Virus record (IMG/VR): IMGVR_UViG_3300046333_000090
DNA: 64,000 nucleotides
Origin: a virus
Strand: one strand, 5' to 3'
Under the pieces are notes generated by a model that ran no database searches, was not told the origin of the DNA, and worked only from the letters and a program-made list of their open reading frames with translations. The stretch's first letter is position 1. The number at the start of each line of letters is the position of its first letter. The position numbers and the translations under genes were made by a program. Positions 58,272 to 64,000 of the stretch are shown here, in pieces.

Positions 58272-58371
58272 GAATGCCCCAAAACCTTTAATAAATTTAT
58301 AGAATGGCACAAAGTATCTCATTACTATTTAGAGGGGGTCACAGGGCATTCTATACCCCTCTCAGAGCATA

Positions 58372-58857
58372 TTATCTAAATGCTCCATCAGCAAACCTGA
58401 TCTGATCGGCACAAGTTTTAAGATGATTGCCTTGAAACTTTACAAAATCTAATATTCTAGTGATATAAACTTTGAGATCTTCCAATTTAGAAATTTCGTT
58501 CAGATAAGATATATATTCTGAATCTAATTCTATTGCTCTATTAAGTTCAGTATTAGTTTTACCTTTAACTATTAGATCTGGATTTATCTTTTTTTCGTGT
58601 TCATATGATGTACCATTGTAATATCTAGCCAATCTAGATCTCAATATTTCCTTTTCATAACTCTTAATTCTATAAGCATCATGAATAGATTGGTATATAC
58701 TATGGTATTTACTATACAGTAGAGGATAGTCACTTAACCTCTGAGTAATATTTGCAGCATTTATAGGTTGACAATCTTCTTGAAATATATTATATAGTTT
58801 TTCGGAATTTGGGTATTGTTGTAAATAATCCAAAAATGAGACTGATTTGTCAGACAT
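58372..58857 (-). CDS. uvsY: UvsY recombination mediator
   Basis: P.LYSKY...YYNG...HLK...FADG; adjacent to uvsW. Confidence 0.75.
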   Translation of the reverse strand: MSDKSVSFLDYLQQYPNSEKLYNIFQEDCQPINAANITQRLSDYPLLYSKYHSIYQSIHDAYRIKSYEKEILRSRLARYYNGTSYEHEKKINPDLIVKGKTNTELNRAIELDSEYISYLNEISKLEDLKVYITRILDFVKFQGNHLKTCADQIRFADGAFR

Positions 58858-58891
58858 ATATTTTTTAGTGAGGTATTAAATTTAATAGATT

Positions 58892-59446
58892 TTAGATAAC
58901 ATGTGGTTTTACATCAAAATACACATATTTGAATGAGGCAGTGACTTCTAATGGTGAAGATTGACGATTTTGAGTAGAAAAGTTAATAGAAGACAATCTT
59001 ACTGGAAAGATTTTATAGAAATATACATCGAATTTTGGATTTAGTGAGTTATCTAATACCGTCAATACAGCATCACTAAAAATGCCGCCATTACTAGCTT
59101 CTCCACCTTTTGATGGATTATTCCTTACATAATTTTGTTGTTCATACAAATCGGTGAGATTAGTTGGATGTCCAGAATTGATCAACCAGTTATAAATTTC
59201 TAAATAATCTGCTAAATTTTCTTGTAATTTGAAACTAACGACTAAATCCGTGTACTGGATCTCATCTCCAGGCATAGGAATTGCATTATACAAAGTACTC
59301 TGTGTGGTAGTTTCTACAGAGATCTCCGGTACTGCAACTTTAGTAACAAAAAACGTTACATTCGGTGAGTTAAGTATTTTAAACTTAAAACTGGTGTCAT
59401 TGAGAAAGTTTATATTATTTGTGTTTTCGCAAGAAACATTACTCAT
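58892..59446 (-). CDS. gp3: Tail completion protein gp3
   Basis: NFL....FKF...PNV.FF...PGDEIQY..L...F...ENL.DY.EIYNW...SDA.L...FPV.LS. Confidence 0.88.
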   Translation of the reverse strand: MSNVSCENTNNINFLNDTSFKFKILNSPNVTFFVTKVAVPEISVETTTQSTLYNAIPMPGDEIQYTDLVVSFKLQENLADYLEIYNWLINSGHPTNLTDLYEQQNYVRNNPSKGGEASNGGIFSDAVLTVLDNSLNPKFDVYFYKIFPVRLSSINFSTQNRQSSPLEVTASFKYVYFDVKPHVI

Positions 59447-59510
59447 GAGGTTTAGATTATTAAATTTAATAATGTACTCTTACAGTATAACATACTATTA
59501 ATATTAATGC

Positions 59511-59743
59511 AAATGTCTGAAAGCTATACTAAGCACTGGTGAGAGAGTTGATAGTATATAATTAGTAATAGTAGGTAGTACTATTACTAATTGTAATAAT
59601 AGATCATACTTGTAATAATAGATCATACAAATATGATCTATATTGTATTATATTAATAGTAAAATTGTAATAGTACTACCTACTATTACTAATTATATAC
59701 TATCGACTCTCTCATCAGTACTTAGTATAGCTTTCAGACATTT
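59511..59743. repeat. Long inverted repeat: 77-bp arms (3 mismatches) around a 79-bp spacer with a 19-bp tandem repeat
   Basis: Arms 59511-59587 and 59667-59743; TTGTAATAATAGATCATAC x2 at 59591-59628. Confidence 0.92.
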
Positions 59744-59874
59744 AGTGAGAATAGTTGCAATATACAAGATAATATGTTATGCTTATAGCAGCATAGGTAA
59801 AGACAAGAGAACTACTAAAAGTGGTTCTCCTTTTAAAATCAAATACTCACCAAAAAAGATTATCTTGTTAATGC

Positions 59875-59903
59875 TTGACAGACTAATATGGATATGTTAG
59901 AAT
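59875..59903 (+). promoter_or_regulatory. sigma70-type promoter TTGACA-17-TAGAAT
   Basis: Near-consensus; suggests the next gene starts at 59974. Confidence 0.75.
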
Positions 59904-61536
59904 GATAAATATAAGAGTAGACAATAAAAAAAAGTCTACTATTTCTAGTAAACTTATCAACTCAATATTATTTATGCTAAATCAAACTATCCCATTCTCA
60001 CCAGACATTTTCATTTCCGACATTGGTAAGTTCCAATTATGGACACTTGCTAACAGTATTAAACTTAATAATAGATCGAATTTTTCTATGCAAGAGATGC
60101 AAGATGCTCTAGGGTATGGAATGAGAACGATCCAGAAGCATATGTCAAGCAATCTATTCTATCATAGAGAAGAGCAGATTGAACTAGGATATACCAAAGA
60201 CAGCGATTATGTATGGTTCAAAGATAAAAATTTGTACCACTATGATGAAAATCGTACAACTATATACTCACTATTTCCTAAACCTTTTGATGAAGTAAAA
60301 AATATTTTAGGATTTATTAGAGAATTATCTTTAGTTGAAATCTCACCAGAAGAATTGCATAGAGATAATGTAAAAGTTACTCATATTACTGCAACAGAAT
60401 ATATTTTACGCAATCAAAAAATTGAATATCAATCATCACTACAAACTGATAAATTAATTCTAGATACTGAATCAATCTTTAGTGATGTAGATAATGTAAA
60501 GGGAGTCCTTAATACTAATAGAGAAGAGTTAGTATTGTTGAATGGTGATGTAGTAAATACTAAAACATCTGTCACCCAAAAAGAAATCGCTAATTATTTG
60601 GGGAAATCTATTGGATATGTATCAAGAAATCTGAGAAATGCAGATATCGATACTAAAATTGTATATGCTACTACTGAAGAACTGAACAAAAAAGTCGGTA
60701 AATATTTCAAAGAAAATCCAGATAAAAAAGCTGGTTTTTTTCAAAATATTGGGTTTGTGTCAGTCATGGGTGGCAAAGTTTTTAAGAAGATCGGCAATAT
60801 ATACAACAAGACTTACAATTTTGTTAAAGGAGTTGTTGAAACAGTTGTAGAGACTATTAAAGAAAAATTTTTGCATTTTTTTGATGTTCATACCGATTTA
60901 CAATTGCATAAAGTGTATCAAGCATTTAAAACAGAACAAAAAAAATTAGGTCAAAATGTGCCTGGAGTTTGGAATCAACTTACTATAAATTTTTTAAATG
61001 ATTCGTTTGATGATATCATTATTAAACCAGATGAAGTCATCTATTATGAGGCAGAAAAAAACAATCCTGAATATGGAGAACCAGGATGGCAAAGAATTAG
61101 TGTCAAGAGTGCCGTTAGAAAATACGTTGCAGCACTTAATGATAGTCAATATAACGAATATATACTTGCAAAAGATGATATTAATGAACTTTATAATGAT
61201 GCCATCAGTCAATTAGCAGAATACCATTATCGTGATTCTCACCCAGAAAAAGCAGAATTATTTGCCGAAAAAGATAGAATCCAAAGAATTGCATCAGAAA
61301 AAGCAAAACAGCACCAAAAAGATGTTCAACAAAGAAATCAACAAGAAAAAAATTTAGTTGCGAAATATGAAAAAAAAGCAGGCGTGAGTGAGATGTTTGA
61401 CGACAAAGCAGAAGATAAATCTTTACAAAAAGATCTTGATTATGCAGTCAAATTGGGGGAGAAATATTGGAATGAGATGTTAGATAAATCTGTGCCAGGA
61501 GAAGATGAAATGATGGATTTTATTGCATTGTTCTAG
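59902..61536 (+). CDS. Large protein with two HTH motifs, possible replication initiator or regulator
   Basis: SMQEMQDALGYGMRTIQKHM and TQKEIANYLGKSIGYVSRNL; charged C-terminal helix. Confidence 0.6.
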   Translation: MINIRVDNKKKSTISSKLINSILFMLNQTIPFSPDIFISDIGKFQLWTLANSIKLNNRSNFSMQEMQDALGYGMRTIQKHMSSNLFYHREEQIELGYTKDSDYVWFKDKNLYHYDENRTTIYSLFPKPFDEVKNILGFIRELSLVEISPEELHRDNVKVTHITATEYILRNQKIEYQSSLQTDKLILDTESIFSDVDNVKGVLNTNREELVLLNGDVVNTKTSVTQKEIANYLGKSIGYVSRNLRNADIDTKIVYATTEELNKKVGKYFKENPDKKAGFFQNIGFVSVMGGKVFKKIGNIYNKTYNFVKGVVETVVETIKEKFLHFFDVHTDLQLHKVYQAFKTEQKKLGQNVPGVWNQLTINFLNDSFDDIIIKPDEVIYYEAEKNNPEYGEPGWQRISVKSAVRKYVAALNDSQYNEYILAKDDINELYNDAISQLAEYHYRDSHPEKAELFAEKDRIQRIASEKAKQHQKDVQQRNQQEKNLVAKYEKKAGVSEMFDDKAEDKSLQKDLDYAVKLGEKYWNEMLDKSVPGEDEMMDFIALF

Positions 61537-61605
61537 TATGCTCTCAGAGGGGACTAGAATGCCCCACACCCCTCCCTAAATACAATTAATATACTTTTAA
61601 TCAAT

Positions 61606-61791
61606 ATGAAAGACAAGAATCTATATATAGCAGCCTTTGTTGCTGCACTTATTCATTTTATAATTATTCCCTTGGTGATCATGTTTTTCTGGAATATGGT
61701 ATTGGTTCCAATCATCCCAGCAGTAGTAGCTGTTATTAATTTCTGGCAATCATTAGCAATTAGTCTAACAATTCAATTTTTAAAAAGATAA
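61606..61791 (+). CDS. Small membrane protein
   Basis: Two hydrophobic segments, INFWQSLAI. Confidence 0.6.
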   Translation: MKDKNLYIAAFVAALIHFIIIPLVIMFFWNMVLVPIIPAVVAVINFWQSLAISLTIQFLKR

Positions 61792-61944
61792 AAATCTCAC
61801 CAAAATAAAATCATATATATTATTAACTATGTGTGCATATTTGGGTCTTGATGGATGTATTAGAATTAAAGTTGGCAATCCTAATAATATGTTATATTAA
61901 TTAAAAGATCATTCACAAAAAAAAACACTGGAGAAAATTAAATC

Positions 61945-62292
61945 ATGACTTTATATAGAGGTACATGTGCATATCTAGATCTTGATGGAGAGATCTATAC
62001 TGATACAAAAGTGGTAGAGGCTGATTCAAAAAAACTAGCAGGATCTATTTTGTCTGAATTTTTCCGCAATAAGCACGATGTACCTAATGCTAAATTTTTA
62101 TTTAGCACACCAAAAGAAGTAACTGGTAATACAACTATTGCTACTGGAGATCGTAGTGTTGCTATTGGAGGTCGTACTGGTAATACAGTTATTAATAATG
62201 GTAATGGTAACATAGTTGGTAATAATAATCAGTTCATTGGTGCAAATACTGGAACTGGCAATAGCAATATAATCGGAAATCTGAATATTTAG
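61945..62292 (+). CDS. Hypothetical protein with Gly/Asn-rich tail
   Basis: GGAG SD-like motif upstream; GDRSVAIGG...GNGNIVG tail. Confidence 0.55.
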   Translation: MTLYRGTCAYLDLDGEIYTDTKVVEADSKKLAGSILSEFFRNKHDVPNAKFLFSTPKEVTGNTTIATGDRSVAIGGRTGNTVINNGNGNIVGNNNQFIGANTGTGNSNIIGNLNI

Positions 62293-62297
62293 ATACC

Positions 62298-62326
62298 TTG
62301 CTAAATATTTAAAACAGTGTTATAAT
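62298..62326 (+). promoter_or_regulatory. sigma70-type promoter for the tRNA cluster (TTGCTA-17-TATAAT, extended -10)
   Basis: Consensus spacing upstream of the tRNAs. Confidence 0.65.
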
Positions 62327-62442
62327 AAGATATAGGTTAACAATAAAGAAATATATCTTAATAGTAAAGCAGAGTCCTTTAATTATTAAATTTAATAATT
62401 AATTATTGGTTCAGATTTTCCAAACAAAAAAATCTTTAACTT

Positions 62443-62480
62443 GCCCTCGTAGCTGAAAGACAGCCAGTCGCCTTATAAAC
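62443..62480 (+). pseudogene. 5' half of a tRNA-like sequence with a TAT anticodon loop
   Basis: GCCCTCG-TA-GCTG aaaga CAGC-CA-GTCGC-CTTATAA; abuts the next tRNA. Confidence 0.45.
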
Positions 62481-62553
62481 GCACTTTTAGCGATCTAGTG
62501 AACGCACCGATCTCATAAATCGGCTGAGGAGGGTGCAATCCCCTCAAGGTGCA
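62481..62553 (+). tRNA. tRNA with CAT anticodon (Met, or Ile2 if lysidine-modified)
   Basis: GCACTTT/AAGGTGC acceptor, CCGAT-CTCATAA-ATCGG, GAGGG-TGCAATC-CCCTC (non-canonical T loop). Confidence 0.8.
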
Positions 62554-62583
62554 TTAGTTAAACTTCTATAAAAAGTTACTCTT

Positions 62584-62673
62584 GGGGGTGTAGTGTAAGC
62601 AGCACCGACCATCTTATAAATGGTGTTCTCTAGATTTTGGAGACGAGTTCCAGTTCAAGTCTGGACACCCCTA
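62584..62673 (+). tRNA. tRNA with TAT anticodon (nominally Ile) and a long variable arm
   Basis: GGGGGTG/CACCCCT acceptor, ACCAT-CTTATAA-ATGGT, 24-nt variable region, TCCAG-TTCAAGT-CTGGA. Confidence 0.78.
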
Positions 62674-62862
62674 TTAATTTCTTCTATTTTTTAAATCAGT
62701 AATATTTAAAAAATTATGATCGAATTCCCAATAAAGGATATTGGCACACTGCTGTTTATGAAAAACCAAAATTTTTTGGACAACCAAGTATGTTAAATTC
62801 ACCACTAATTTCTGTTAGAATAGAATTAGTATATTGTCAAATTGTAAATATTATTAATTCTG

Positions 62863-64000
62863 ATGAAACTAACTCAACAACATAAATTTTACTCTAATCA
62901 TCCATTTTATTATGAATTAGATTATATCTGCTTCTTATCTAAAAATTTATATAATTATGCAAATTATATTATTAGACAATCTATATTTGCTGGTACTGGT
63001 TATCTTAATTATTACAAGATATTAAAGCTTGTTCAGGGTACTATTGATTATACTTCGCTTCCGGCGAAAGTGTCCCAACATGTCCTGATGGGTCTTGATA
63101 AAAATTGGAAATCTTACTTTCAGGCTATCAAATCTTTTACAAGCAATCCATCTAAATTTAATGCGTGTCCAAAAATTCCAAAATATCATAAAATTGAATC
63201 TGGTAGAAATGTAACTTCTTACTCTAATCAAGCTATTTCTAAGCGCAGCTTAACCAAGGATGGACTACTTAATCCATCTGGTACCAATATATTTGTTCAA
63301 ACAGATATCCCATATGAGAAAATCGATCAAGTTAGAATTGTGCCAAAATTGGAGCATTATGTAGTAGAAATAGTTTACGAAAAATCAATTGTTGATTTGA
63401 GATTAGACCAAGCAAACGTAGCAGCTATAGATTTAGGACTGAGTAATTTGGTTGCACTTACATTTAATAAAATTGGAACTAAGCCAATGCTGTTAAGTGG
63501 GAATCCTCTAAAATCAATTAACCAATTTTTCAACAAGAGATTAGCGCAGCTACAATCAATCTTGAAAGGTGGTAGTAGTAAGAGGATCAGAAGGCTTTAC
63601 AATAAGAGAGGAAACAAAATTAGTGATTATTTACATAAAGCTAGTACAACTATTGTAAGGACATTGATAGAAAATGATGTGGGCACATTGGTAGTAGGTA
63701 AAAACAATGGATGGAAACAAAACATCAATATAGGGAGTAAAAATAACCAGAACTTCGTTCAAGTACCATTTAATGATTTGATAGCTAAACTGCATTACAA
63801 ATGTGAGTTGGTAGGTATAAAATTTATAGAACAAGAAGAGAGTTATACAAGTAAAGCAAGTTTCTTAGATGCAGATTCAATTCCTACTTACAGTGCAGGT
63901 GTAACACACCAGTTCAGCGGTAGAAGACTGCAACGAGGAATGTACAAAGCCAAGAGTGGTCTGAGATTGAATGCAGACATAAATGGTAGTTATAATATCA
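62863..64000 (+). CDS. tnpB: Second TnpB copy without tnpA; runs off the window
   Basis: Near-identical inverted copy of 30203-31423; similarity starts at ~62834 (last ~30 nt upstream of tnpB, inside tnpA). Confidence 0.92.
   Translation, partial: MKLTQQHKFYSNHPFYYELDYICFLSKNLYNYANYIIRQSIFAGTGYLNYYKILKLVQGTIDYTSLPAKVSQHVLMGLDKNWKSYFQAIKSFTSNPSKFNACPKIPKYHKIESGRNVTSYSNQAISKRSLTKDGLLNPSGTNIFVQTDIPYEKIDQVRIVPKLEHYVVEIVYEKSIVDLRLDQANVAAIDLGLSNLVALTFNKIGTKPMLLSGNPLKSINQFFNKRLAQLQSILKGGSSKRIRRLYNKRGNKISDYLHKASTTIVRTLIENDVGTLVVGKNNGWKQNINIGSKNNQNFVQVPFNDLIAKLHYKCELVGIKFIEQEESYTSKASFLDADSIPTYSAGVTHQFSGRRLQRGMYKAKSGLRLNADINGSYNI

Noticed and set aside
59511-59743. Protelomerase (telRL) site
   Set aside because: The arms are separated by a 79-bp spacer rather than forming a continuous palindrome, and no protelomerase is recognisable in the window
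59643-59900. 85-aa ORF across the inverted repeat
   Set aside because: Non-ATG start, overlaps the repeat arm and the downstream promoter; no coding features
1-64000. CRISPR array
   Set aside because: No regularly spaced direct repeats with unique spacers; the repeats found are dispersed over kilobases
1-64000. Alternative genetic code or stop-codon recoding as the cause of fragmented genes
   Set aside because: Core genes are full length in the standard code and end in TAA, TAG and TGA; TerL breaks coincide with intein fragments
1-64000. Cyanobacterial HIP1 (GCGATCGC) enrichment as host evidence
   Set aside because: I did not see the full octamer; GATC, AGATCT and TCTAGA look frequent but I cannot quantify that without counting

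Overview
64 kb of an AT-rich T4-like myovirus genome with cyanophage-type proteins. The host is probably a freshwater cyanobacterium; this is inferred from Calx-beta repeats and cyanobacterial-style IS607, IS605 and IscB elements. The window holds baseplate, neck, tail and head genes (gp6, 8, 14, 15, 16, 18-23, 25, 3), replication/recombination genes (gp43, 45, 46, 47, 55, uvsW, uvsY) and two tRNAs, in a heavily scrambled order on both strands. Main findings: (1) The large terminase gp17 is fractured into at least three separately encoded pieces. The middle and C-terminal pieces lie on opposite strands with their own late promoters, and the N-terminal piece is outside the window. Assembly needs two atypically split inteins plus one Gln-ending cis intein. 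(2) One HNH endonuclease family has expanded to 7 copies, including internally deleted miniatures, and is linked to a ~28-bp dispersed repeat (10 copies). (3) The palindrome (T)ATTAAATTTAAT(A) occurs at least 20 times, in both coding and non-coding DNA. (4) A ~750-nt region is dual-coding on one strand. (5) A 77-bp-arm inverted repeat with iteron-like repeats lies before an HTH gene. (6) There are orphan OMEGA RNAs, two IS607 TnpB copies, and a UAU-anticodon tRNA with a long variable arm. All calls come from reading the sequence and motifs; no database searches were run.
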